Positions 28,440 to 37,140 of a stretch of DNA of 40,609 bases are shown piece after piece. A program made the translations under genes and the position numbers. A model generated the notes under the pieces. It did not search any database. It had not been told where the DNA came from and was given only the letters and a program-made list of their open reading frames with translations. Position 1 is the first letter of the stretch; each line of letters begins with the position of its first letter. The stretch comes from a virus (taxonomy: Duplodnaviria > Heunggongvirae > Uroviricota > Caudoviricetes), in IMG/VR virus record IMGVR_UViG_2778261163_000009. One strand, 5' to 3'.

Positions 28440-29293
28440 GCACGCACTCCGTACACGGCAGAACTATCCACGCCACGCGAAGGATCAAATCCCACCCAGC
28501 AGCGCGGCCCGGAAACAGCGATGATTTCTGTTGCTGATTTACACTCGCCAGCTGCCACACCGATGCTGCGTTTTACCTTGATATAGTGGTGAGTAAAATT
28601 GCGATACAGCGAACGAATCAGGGATGTGTCACTGTTAGAAACAATGACCGGATGTCCTTCAGATGATCGATGTTCAAGAACGGATGCCAGGTGATACTGG
28701 TCATCTTCAGTGAAACCATCAGTGTGATAGCCGGAAAACGTACCGTCATAAGGCGGATCGCAATACACCACATCCCCCGCCTTCAACATCGCCAGCGTTT
28801 CATCAAAGCTGGCGCAGATAAACGTTGCCCGCTGGGCTTTTTCTGCAAATGCGCGAATTTCTTTTTCAGGGAAATACGGATTTTTATAATTACCGTAGGG
28901 AATATTGAAATGCCCGCTCTTGTTATAGCGACATAAACCACGGTAACCGTGACGATTGAGATACAGGAAATATACCGCTTTCATGAAATCAGTAATTTCA
29001 GTTGAGTAATTAAACTCCTGCCTTATGTTGTAATAAGCTACCTCCCTGTTTGCGATCTCAAATAAAACTCTGGCGCGAGATATAAACGATTCACAATCAG
29101 CGGCAACCTTTTTATAGAGGTTGATTAAATCAGGATTAATATCCGCAACCAGATAGCTTGGATAATCCGTCTCCATCATCACCGCACAGGAACCCGCGAA
29201 AGGTTCAACCAGTCGCGGGCCAGCTGGAAGGTGTTTTTTCAGTTCTGGCATAATGGCGGTTTTATTTCCCGCCCATTTCAGGATGGTGCTCAT
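28436..29293 (-). CDS. dam: DNA adenine methyltransferase (Dam family)
   Basis: [12 protein letters not shown]-terminus, DPPY catalytic motif ([12 protein letters not shown]); start chosen at the ATG with a GGAGGTG ribosome-binding site. Confidence 0.8.
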
Positions 29294-29592
29294 ACAGCAC
29301 CTCCGGCAATAACATATCCTAAAGCTTCTAATGGGGTTAATGGGCGAATTGATAGCATCACCCATTGTTCTGAAACTGCCATGACGTCATTAACCGGAAG
29401 CACATGAGAGATAACAGCGGCCCATTCCCTACCCGTAAATACGCCATGCTTCCATTCGCAAAGAGAAAGAACATCACCAACTTTATAGCCACGATCGTCT
29501 TTACGAAGTTCAGCCGTCTTTTGACCTGCAACCACAGCGTTGAAATACTTAGGTGCAATTTTTAATTGATGGATACGCACTGCCCTTGTCAT
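29290..29592 (-). CDS. Small early protein, ASCH/DUF3850-like
   Basis: About 100 aa from [17 protein letters not shown]; same GGAGGTGCTGT-ATG context as dam; overlapping stop/start. Confidence 0.5.
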
Positions 29593-29816
29593 ACAGCACC
29601 TCCGTTGTAATGTTTGCCTTTCAGCTCTGCGATTTCCTGGCAAGTAATGCAAAGCTGCACACCCGGAATGGCGCGGCGTCGTGCTGGCGGAATTGGCGCT
29701 TCACACTCAATGCAAAGCACGCGAGACACACCCGGTGTTTTGGCACGGGCAGCACGGATATGGCGCTGGCGTTCTTCTTCAACGCGCTGCTGTACGAGAT
29801 CCATTGCATCAGCCAT
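29589..29816 (-). CDS. TraR/DksA-family C4 zinc-finger protein
   Basis: 75 aa with CIECEAPIP...LCITCQ, the C-x2-C-x17-C-x2-C pattern. Confidence 0.7.
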
Positions 29817-30055
29817 TAGTGGATCTCCTGCGCTTCGTTCTGGATTGCTTCAGCAGTCACACGCAGCAGTTCTGCCGCTTCCACGTGGTTTAGCTGACGG
29901 GATGAGATATGACACGCCAGGCTATCAAGGCGAGCTGCCATTGCTTCAGCCCTTGCCCGGCGTTCTTCCAGACGAGCCTCTGTCAGTAAAATATTAAGCC
30001 CTGCATCATCCGGTCCGGTTTTAGTCGTGAGGATTTCAATATTACGCATAATCAA
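29816..30055 (-). CDS. Hypothetical early protein (DUF2732-like)
   Basis: 79-aa helical protein in the early operon; assignment from recall of P2-family conserved ORFs. Confidence 0.5.
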   Translation of the reverse strand: MIMRNIEILTTKTGPDDAGLNILLTEARLEERRARAEAMAARLDSLACHISSRQLNHVEAAELLRVTAEAIQNEAQEIH

Positions 30056-30116
30056 TTCTCCTGAATTTAGATAAAGGGATGCCCGGCGGGTTTACGCCAT
30101 TAATTTCATTATTTGG

Positions 30117-30458
30117 TTAATTCGGCATGGTTAGCCGTCTGGGAAATAAGCTCACCACTGCACGAAAATGATTCATTGCTTTAATCAACTCCCGCTTTTC
30201 GTCAGTGGTCAGCTCATTAATGCTGATGCTATGACGTTCAGCTGGAATTTTTGCCATAAAGAATATGGCAGCCAGTGCCCGTTTATTTTGTTCGCTATTA
30301 ATATCCCGTGGATCACGCATATCTTTAATAAACCGTTCAAGCTCTGACTCAATATTAAGACCAAAAACTTTCGCCCTTAACTCCGCAATATGATTAAGTC
30401 CATTCAGGCGTTCACCGGGGCTTAATGGAACAGTCGCCGCAGCGCCTTCAATAGCCAT
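30117..30458 (-). CDS. Hypothetical early protein
   Basis: 113-aa ORF in the early lytic operon. Confidence 0.5.
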   Translation of the reverse strand: MAIEGAAATVPLSPGERLNGLNHIAELRAKVFGLNIESELERFIKDMRDPRDINSEQNKRALAAIFFMAKIPAERHSISINELTTDEKRELIKAMNHFRAVVSLFPRRLTMPN

Positions 30459-30652
30459 TTGTTCCCCCGTTTTTTCGTAGATAGTTCTGCCAGCAATTCA
30501 TCTTGTGAACGGCACGGATGCCAGCGTTTACCATCCTCACCCATGATCCAGCCGTGACCGTAGTGCATTGCCGGGCTTTGTTTAACCAGCAGCGATGCAA
30601 ATGATGGTTCTTTCGTAAGCATAAGCACCTCACAGCAAACCGAATGAAGCAC
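30422..30652 (-). CDS. Hypothetical small early protein (position of 186 fil-like genes)
   Basis: 76-aa ORF overlapping both neighbours; true start uncertain. Confidence 0.35.
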   Translation of the reverse strand: MLHSVCCEVLMLTKEPSFASLLVKQSPAMHYGHGWIMGEDGKRWHPCRSQDELLAELSTKKRGNKWLLKALRRLFH

Positions 30653-31139
30653 CGAGGCCAGTCACGGTATCAACTGCACTCGCCATCGCAGGGTTAGCCT
30701 GTAAACGGGCCTGCAGTGAAACAGCAGCCAGCGCCATCAGTCGTGTTACAGAGTTAATGCTGCTGATAGCATCACGACGACCTGCACTGGTTTTTACATC
30801 GCCAGATACCGCACCTGCAGCAACACGCCCGATCTCTGCGGTTGCACTCATGACGTAATGCGGCAGTTTCTCTTTTGCTACCTCATTAATCGGTACACAT
30901 GGCAGGCAGTGAATCTGTGCCAGAAAACCATCTATCAGCGTTGAATCTTCAGTCAGATCGGTAAGCAGCCAGATTTCTGGCGCATTGAGCTGATGTGGTT
31001 GATCTGGGTTGAGTTTGTTTCGCAGAGTCTGGACATTCATTCCTGCACGTTCTGCCAGCTTCGCCATATTGTGACGAAGTGCAAAAGCTCTACAGGCTTC
31101 ATCAAAATGCTGGTGTTTGGAAATCTTATAATCAAACAT
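30630..31139 (-). CDS. cII: Lysogeny establishment activator CII (186-type)
   Basis: 169 aa, near-identical in length and sequence pattern to phage 186 CII (MFD..SKH.H.DEACRAFA.RHNMAKLAE...). Confidence 0.85.
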   Translation of the reverse strand: MFDYKISKHQHFDEACRAFALRHNMAKLAERAGMNVQTLRNKLNPDQPHQLNAPEIWLLTDLTEDSTLIDGFLAQIHCLPCVPINEVAKEKLPHYVMSATAEIGRVAAGAVSGDVKTSAGRRDAISSINSVTRLMALAAVSLQARLQANPAMASAVDTVTGLGASFGLL

Positions 31140-31171
31140 GCTACCCCCTTAGAAAGTTCTCATAATTGAAC

Positions 31172-31414
31172 TCACTTACCAACAATGACGCGGAAGTTGG
31201 AATGACCGAGGGATTCACGGACCTGATCGGTTTTGTACATTAAATAACGCAGACTTACGCGGCCTTTGTTTTTTTCTTTCTTGACCATGTATTTAGCAAG
31301 CTGACCATGGTGAATTTTTTGATACACGGAGCCGCGGGAGATACCTTCCCATTCCGCGAACTCTGCAGGCGTAGCCATCTCTTTTGGTACACGAATTGAA
31401 ATATCAGTGCTCAT
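31172..31414 (-). CDS. apl: Excisionase / lytic-promoter repressor Apl (Cox-like)
   Basis: 80-aa helix-turn-helix protein, first gene of the lytic operon opposite cI. Confidence 0.75.
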   Translation of the reverse strand: MSTDISIRVPKEMATPAEFAEWEGISRGSVYQKIHHGQLAKYMVKKEKNKGRVSLRYLMYKTDQVRESLGHSNFRVIVGK

Positions 31415-31467
31415 AGTGCAGTATCTCCCGATTAAGGTTTGGTTTACGTCGTTTTATCTCGTTTTAC

Positions 31468-31522
31468 TTGATTCAATATTTGATACATCGAGATACTACG
31501 ATCCAATATTTGATACGTCAAC
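31468..31522. promoter_or_regulatory. Lysis/lysogeny switch region with direct operator-like repeats
   Basis: GAT(T/C)CAATATTTGATAC occurs at 31470..31486 and 31500..31516, 30 bp apart, in the 119-bp apl-cI intergenic region; CGTTTTA is also duplicated at 31449..31466. Confidence 0.55.
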
Positions 31523-31533
31523 AGGATTAAAAA

Positions 31534-32166
31534 ATGATACAGGTAAAGGCTGGAGAGAATACAGGGGGAAGAGAGGCTATCCATAGACTAATGGCAGCCT
31601 ATGATTTCAAGTCCAGACAGCAACTTTGCGATCACTTAGGCGCATCAAAAAGCACCATGGCAAACAGATACTTAAGAGATAGTTTTCCTGCAGAGTGGGT
31701 GATTCAGTGCGCCTTGGAAACAGGAGTTTCTTTACTGTGGCTAACCACCGGACAGGGAGAGCCAGGTCCAAACATTAAACCTAAAAAAAATATCAATTCC
31801 GTGAACTCCAGCAAGGTTGTACCTCTTTCTGAACTAGTATCTCCTGAAATTGACAAGGCGACTCTCAACGGTGGTTTATTGGTCGATGCTGGAAAAGCAA
31901 TCATTGATAGCAGCATACTCCCCTCAGACTCAAGCAACCTACTGCTGGTGACTACTTCTGGTGATTCTTATTTAATAGATCGCAACCAAACACCACCAGT
32001 AAATGGTATGTGGTTAGTCGATATCGACGGGATAAAAAGCATTGTTAAATTGACTCGGCTCCCGGGAAACAAATTAGTAGTGCATCAGGATGATTCATCG
32101 TTTGAGTGCGGTCTGGATGACATTGAGGTAGTAGGCCGCGCACTGAAAATCATTAAGAGCCTTTGA
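31534..32166 (+). CDS. cI: Immunity repressor CI (186-type)
   Basis: 210 aa; N-terminal helix-turn-helix and C-terminal region resemble 186 CI (..CALETG..L.WL.TG.GE... LPG.KL.V). Confidence 0.8.
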   Translation: MIQVKAGENTGGREAIHRLMAAYDFKSRQQLCDHLGASKSTMANRYLRDSFPAEWVIQCALETGVSLLWLTTGQGEPGPNIKPKKNINSVNSSKVVPLSELVSPEIDKATLNGGLLVDAGKAIIDSSILPSDSSNLLLVTTSGDSYLIDRNQTPPVNGMWLVDIDGIKSIVKLTRLPGNKLVVHQDDSSFECGLDDIEVVGRALKIIKSL

Positions 32167-32167
32167 T

Positions 32168-33181
32168 ATGACCATCAGAAAACAGCCGAACGGAAAATGG
32201 TTGTGTGAGTGCTATCCCAATGGACGCAATGGCAAGCGCGTGCGTAAGCAATTTGCTACGAAAGGCGAAGCCATTGCGTTTGAAAGCTTCACAATGGAAG
32301 AAGTGAATAAAAAACCGTGGTTGGGTGAAAAGGATGATCGGCGACGCCTATCAGAATTAATTGAGCTTTGGTATTCCCTGTATGGTCAAACACTCGCAGA
32401 CCCCAAGCGCCTCATGGCGAAACTTAGAATTATCTGTAATGGTCTAGGCGATCCCATCGCCTCAGAACTGACAGCTGGTGACTTTACAAAATACCGCGAA
32501 GCACGGTTAAAAGGTGAAATACGAAATGAAGATGGCACACTTATGTCGCCCGTAAAGCCCCGTACGGTAAACCTTGAACAGCGCAATCTATCATCTGTGT
32601 TCGGTACATTAAAAAAACTAGGACACTGGTCAGCACCAAACCCGCTGGCAGGACTTCCGACCTTCAAAATTGCCGAAGGTGAGCTGGCTTTTCTTTCCAC
32701 GGACGAAATCAAGCGCCTGTTGGCGGCATGTGCTGAATCTCAAAACCCTAGCTTACTAATGATTGCAAAAATATGCCTAGCTACTGGCGCACGGTGGAGT
32801 GAAGCCGAAAATCTGCAGGGCCACCAAATATCGAAATACCGAATTACTTATACAAAAACAAAAGGCAAGAAAAACAGAACAGTACCCATATCACAGGAGC
32901 TGTATGACGAACTCCCAAAGAACAGAGGGAAGTTATTCTCACCATGTAGAAAAGCCTTTGAACGAGCAGTAAAACGGGCAGGTATAGATCTACCGGATGG
33001 CCAATGCACCCACGTGCTGCGACATACGTTTGCTAGCCACTTTATGATGAATGGCGGGAACATACTTGTGCTAAGGGATATTTTGGGACATTCGGATATC
33101 AAGATGACCATGGTTTACTCACATTTCTCACCAGATCATCTTGAAGATGCCGTTACTAAGAACCCATTAAACTTGATATAA
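32168..33181 (+). CDS. int: Tyrosine integrase (P2/186 type)
   Basis: 337 aa; C-terminal catalytic region HVLRHTFAS...LGHSDIKMTMVYSHF with the R-H-R-Y tetrad; directly follows cI. Confidence 0.9.
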   Translation: MTIRKQPNGKWLCECYPNGRNGKRVRKQFATKGEAIAFESFTMEEVNKKPWLGEKDDRRRLSELIELWYSLYGQTLADPKRLMAKLRIICNGLGDPIASELTAGDFTKYREARLKGEIRNEDGTLMSPVKPRTVNLEQRNLSSVFGTLKKLGHWSAPNPLAGLPTFKIAEGELAFLSTDEIKRLLAACAESQNPSLLMIAKICLATGARWSEAENLQGHQISKYRITYTKTKGKKNRTVPISQELYDELPKNRGKLFSPCRKAFERAVKRAGIDLPDGQCTHVLRHTFASHFMMNGGNILVLRDILGHSDIKMTMVYSHFSPDHLEDAVTKNPLNLI

Positions 33182-33194
33182 AACAGCCAAAATT

Positions 33195-34952
33195 CTATTT
33201 CATCAAGTAATCCAATTCATCCTTCATAGGTATAACTTGCTCATAAAGTCTATGGTAGGATTTTCCAATTGCCCCCCTAAATTGAATAAGTTTAGGGGAA
33301 AAGCTACCGATATTAATAATATGTTCTTGCGCTATACCAGGATATGGATCGATAAAAATAATCTCTGTCATACCTAACTGATAAGCTTTTTTAGCACAAA
33401 GTTCACAAGGGCTAGCTGTAGTATATAGTTTCCCTCCATTAATACCGACCCCACCATATTTGGCCAATTGCAAAAAAGCATTCTCCTCTGCGTGCAATGC
33501 ACGGGTATGCACTTGATTCCCTTTCTTTTCATCATCAAGGCTGTTGTGAATATCTTTAAAACAATATGGCAAATTAAGTCCTTTAAAAACAGTAGAACTT
33601 GAATCACTCGCCCTTATTTTTATTAAATTTTCTTTAACTTTACTCCTAAATTTTGTATTACTTCGTTCGTACAGGCTATATGTTCCCTCATCAAAATCAT
33701 GCAATAACCCATCAAATGACCTCATAGAACAAGGAACTTGACCTTTTGCTACATCGTTCCAACCAACTGACTTGATAGAGTTATCATTATCTGTCACAAC
33801 CGCCCCTACTTGCCTAGATATACATCCAGAATTTAGTTTTACAGTATATGCAACTTGCATAACCCTTTCCATGGCGGTAGGAGATATTAATCCAGGGTGT
33901 TGCATTAATGATACATACCACGCAATTTGTGCTTTGAGAAAGTTATTATTATCAAATTCTTTTTTAGGGTTAAAAAAATGTATATCTGAAATTTCAATGC
34001 ATTTTTTTACATTAGGATTAGTAAGATGATTATACTCGCCATCTCCTTTACCAGATTCTTCATCATTAATTTTTTTTATCTGTTCCTCTGAGAACTTATG
34101 TAATTTCTTTAAATATCTGGTTCGATGTTCATCTGGTGCATTTATAGAAACCAGATGGAATGCAGCATATCTATCTTTGAAGAATTTAGCTTCATACGGG
34201 TTACGTATCGCATCAATGACTATATACGCTTTATTATTCTTTACTTTTCTAATTATTTTAATAACACGATTAATTGTTTCAGGTAAATGAAAAACAGCCT
34301 TTGGAATAAAGTCTTGATTTTCATAATCTACATCAACCTTCCCTATTCTTCTAATTGACTTTCCTGCTGACTGATATAGCTCAATATATAAACCTGGCTC
34401 TAGTTCATTTAATTCCCTTTTAAAATCCCGTGTAAATTTTCGAGTAAGAGTTAATATCCTAATAAAGGTATCTTTCCCCCTGCCTTTAAAGTCAATCTCA
34501 TCATCATGATTAAGAAGATTTTTTATCACCTTAAGATATTTTATCTTCAACAAACTTTTAGCGAACACACCATTAACAACCAGTTTCTTAGCTGCCTTAA
34601 AGGAAATCGAATTTTCTTTTTTATCGGGGATTTTACTTGCAGAAAACTGAATGAATTTAGCTAAGGCCGATGGAGATAAAAGGAGCAAATATATTGAAAT
34701 GAGATCACTGACCTTTATCGAATAGAAGTTCTTCCAATGAGTCTCTGCAAAATTTTTTACTATTTCATAACGCCGCAAATCCAATCCTTTATAATACTCA
34801 GCCAAGACGTTACTATCTGGAAAAGATATTTCTTTTTGTTCTAAAATATTTGCTGCAGTAGTACATCCTGAGCCAGTTCTCCCAGTTAAACCAATAAGAA
34901 TAAATTGACTATTTTCTAAAAAAAGCTCACTAATAAATTTGTGTTCTCTCAT
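33195..34952 (-). CDS. P-loop NTPase/kinase-like plus zinc-dependent cytidine/deoxycytidylate deaminase fusion (AvcD / dCTP-deaminase-like defence protein)
   Basis: 585 aa; N-terminal Walker-A-like ILIGLTGRTGSGCTT; C-terminal deaminase signature HTRALHAEENA ... ASPCELCAKK (H-A-E and P-C-x-x-C zinc ligands); AT-rich; sits between int and attR. Confidence 0.6.
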   Translation of the reverse strand: MREHKFISELFLENSQFILIGLTGRTGSGCTTAANILEQKEISFPDSNVLAEYYKGLDLRRYEIVKNFAETHWKNFYSIKVSDLISIYLLLLSPSALAKFIQFSASKIPDKKENSISFKAAKKLVVNGVFAKSLLKIKYLKVIKNLLNHDDEIDFKGRGKDTFIRILTLTRKFTRDFKRELNELEPGLYIELYQSAGKSIRRIGKVDVDYENQDFIPKAVFHLPETINRVIKIIRKVKNNKAYIVIDAIRNPYEAKFFKDRYAAFHLVSINAPDEHRTRYLKKLHKFSEEQIKKINDEESGKGDGEYNHLTNPNVKKCIEISDIHFFNPKKEFDNNNFLKAQIAWYVSLMQHPGLISPTAMERVMQVAYTVKLNSGCISRQVGAVVTDNDNSIKSVGWNDVAKGQVPCSMRSFDGLLHDFDEGTYSLYERSNTKFRSKVKENLIKIRASDSSSTVFKGLNLPYCFKDIHNSLDDEKKGNQVHTRALHAEENAFLQLAKYGGVGINGGKLYTTASPCELCAKKAYQLGMTEIIFIDPYPGIAQEHIINIGSFSPKLIQFRGAIGKSYHRLYEQVIPMKDELDYLMK

Positions 34953-35174
34953 TTCGCACCTGTTACGTTATAACACAAGTTTCTTCCATGTTGTATTTAT
35001 TAGTATTTATTAAAAAACAAGAAATTGCAACATAGCGGCAACAATACACACACCAAGAAAATGGCGGCAACTTGGCGGCAGAGCTTTAAAAACGTATAAA
35101 ACGGATAAACACAAAACAATACCAACCAACTGTTTTTGAAAACAAATTATTGTTTTCATTATAATATAAATGGT

Positions 35175-35219
35175 ATGTAGGAATTTCGGACGCGGGTTCA
35201 ACTCCCGCCAGCTCCACCA
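35175..35219 (+). repeat. Right copy of 45-bp direct repeat (ssrA 3' fragment); prophage attR and boundary to the next island
   Basis: Identical to 358..402. Confidence 0.8.
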
Positions 35220-35255
35220 CTTTTTAGTTGTTTGAAGTTCAATGAAGTCTACTAA

Positions 35256-35287
35256 GCCCACACAGCACAAGCTCTGCGGGCTTTTTT
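35256..35287 (+). terminator. Rho-independent terminator following the ssrA 3' fragment
   Basis: GCCCACACAGC / GCTCTGCGGGC imperfect stem followed by TTTTTT. Confidence 0.5.
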
Positions 35288-35384
35288 ACGTCTATTGTCG
35301 TCCAGTGAGAATTGCTGAGAACTACGAGTTATGGCACCCTGAATGGGACCCACTAAGAAGGGTCCAAAAACCGAGGGTCCCAAA

Positions 35385-36614
35385 ATGGCAAAAATCGCTA
35401 AGAAGCTCACTGACACTGAAATCAAAAGCACCAAGCCAGCCGATAAAGAAATCAACTTGTTTGACGGTGATGGTCTGATTCTACGAATCGCTCCTTTGGC
35501 GAAAGGAGGCAAGAAAAATTGGTATTTCAGGTATGCAGTACCAGTGAGCAAGAAAAGAACCAAAATGAGCCTTGGGACATATCCTCACCTTACCCTTGCA
35601 AGAGCCAGAGCCTTACGTGATGAATATCTCTCCTTTCTGGCAAATGGTGTTGATCCCCAAATCCATAACAACGATAAGGCGAAGGCATTAAAGAGTGCTA
35701 CTGAGCACACTCTCCAAGCCGTAGCGCGGAAATGGTTAGATGAGAAGGTAAAGACATCAGGTATCTCACAAGACCATGCAGCAGACATCTGGCGCAGCTT
35801 AGAGAGAAATGTCTTTCCCGGTCTGGGTAATGTCCCTATCAATGAGATCCGACCTAAGCTCTTAAAACAACACCTTGATCCTATTGAGCAACGAGGCGTA
35901 TTGGAAACTCTACGCCGTATCATTTCACGTCTGAATGAAATCTTCCGGTGGGCAGCTACTGAAGAACTTATTGAGTTCAACCCGGCTGACAACCTTGGTC
36001 AAAGATTCAGTAAACCAAAAAAGCAAAATATGCCTGCCCTTCCCCCAAGCGAATTGCCAAGGTTTATGGAATCTTTGACGAATGCGTCAATCCGGTTGGA
36101 AACACGTATGCTAATTGAATGGCAATTGTTGACATGGGTTCGTCCGGGTGAAGCCGTTCGCGCAAGGTGGTCTGATATTGATACAACCAACAGCATTTGG
36201 AACATTCCTGCTGATTTCATGAAAATGAAAAAGCTTCACAAAGTTCCTTTGAGTAAAGAAGCTTTGCGCATCCTTGAATTAATGAAATCAATAAGTGGGC
36301 ATAGAGAATGGGTTTTCCCCAGCATAAAAGCGCCTCTTAATCATATGCATGAACAAACAGCCAACGCAGCTATCATCCGAATGGGGTTCGGAGGCGAGCT
36401 TGTAGCTCACGGTATGCGTTCTATTGCACGAACAGCGGCAGAGGAGTCTGGTAAATTCAGAGCTGAAGTTCTTGAGGCAGCGCTTGCCCACTCGAAAAAA
36501 GATGAAATTATCGCAGCATACAATCGTGCAGAATATCTGATAGAGCGACAGAGTTTGATGCAATGGTGGAGTGATTACGTTCAAGCTCAAAGATCAAATG
36601 CTCTGGTAGCCTAA
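35385..36614 (+). CDS. P4-family tyrosine integrase (IntA/CP4-57-like)
   Basis: From MAKIAKKLTDTEIKSTKP...DGDGL.LRI... which resembles E. coli IntA; C-terminal catalytic region with HGMRS and AYNRAEY; the ORF track starts 14 codons earlier. Confidence 0.8.
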   Translation: MAKIAKKLTDTEIKSTKPADKEINLFDGDGLILRIAPLAKGGKKNWYFRYAVPVSKKRTKMSLGTYPHLTLARARALRDEYLSFLANGVDPQIHNNDKAKALKSATEHTLQAVARKWLDEKVKTSGISQDHAADIWRSLERNVFPGLGNVPINEIRPKLLKQHLDPIEQRGVLETLRRIISRLNEIFRWAATEELIEFNPADNLGQRFSKPKKQNMPALPPSELPRFMESLTNASIRLETRMLIEWQLLTWVRPGEAVRARWSDIDTTNSIWNIPADFMKMKKLHKVPLSKEALRILELMKSISGHREWVFPSIKAPLNHMHEQTANAAIIRMGFGGELVAHGMRSIARTAAEESGKFRAEVLEAALAHSKKDEIIAAYNRAEYLIERQSLMQWWSDYVQAQRSNALVA

Positions 36615-36652
36615 GTATCAGAATAGCTAATATAATCCTGAAGGTAAAGAAA

Positions 36653-37069
36653 ATGGAAACCCTATTCAAAGTTTTTGAAAAATTTAGTTCCAGACCACTT
36701 TTTTTTATTTTTTTCGGACTCTCACTTTGTGAATTTTTTCAGAAACAATCTGTTCTGATGAATCCATCAGCAGATAACATCGCGAAATTATTCGCAGCCA
36801 TGATATTAGTTGTTTTTTTTACTTGGGGATTTGAATGGCTAATCTTCAAGTTCAATGTAAACCTTGAACCTCATGATCAAGGCGATATTGGACCAACAAT
36901 TGGAACGGCTACTTTAGCTGTATACTTAGTTTATGCCTTTCACTTTCTCAGTGAAAATCCTGAAGCATTAAATTTAAAGTTATTAACTAACTCTGGCTTT
37001 ATATACAGCACAACTCTATTATTATTCTCATTAGAATGCATGAAGCTTAGAAGACTTAAACAAAAATAA
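36653..37069 (+). CDS. Hypothetical small multi-pass membrane protein
   Basis: 138 aa with three to four hydrophobic helices; 39 bp after int on the same strand; AT-rich. Confidence 0.5.
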   Translation: METLFKVFEKFSSRPLFFIFFGLSLCEFFQKQSVLMNPSADNIAKLFAAMILVVFFTWGFEWLIFKFNVNLEPHDQGDIGPTIGTATLAVYLVYAFHFLSENPEALNLKLLTNSGFIYSTTLLLFSLECMKLRRLKQK

Positions 37070-37140
37070 ACAACATCATTGTGATGATAAATATAAAATA
37101 GGCATGGCGAAAAAAAATCACCACGCCTAAAATATAATAA

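Larger units (their letters stand above)
403..35174. mobile_element. P2/186-family temperate prophage integrated in ssrA, with accessory cargo genes
   Basis: Bounded by the 45-bp direct repeats; contains a complete P2-like late gene set, a cos site, 186-like cII/apl/cI and a tyrosine integrase. Confidence 0.8.

Noticed and set aside
35175-35219. A second tRNA or tmRNA gene
   Set aside because: Only the last 45 nt of ssrA are present, with no 5' portion; this is the displaced att fragment, not a gene.
35252-35992. Minus-strand ORFs 35252..35563 and 35585..35992
   Set aside because: They overlap the att repeat and terminator and run antisense to the well-supported P4-type integrase; no ribosome-binding sites.
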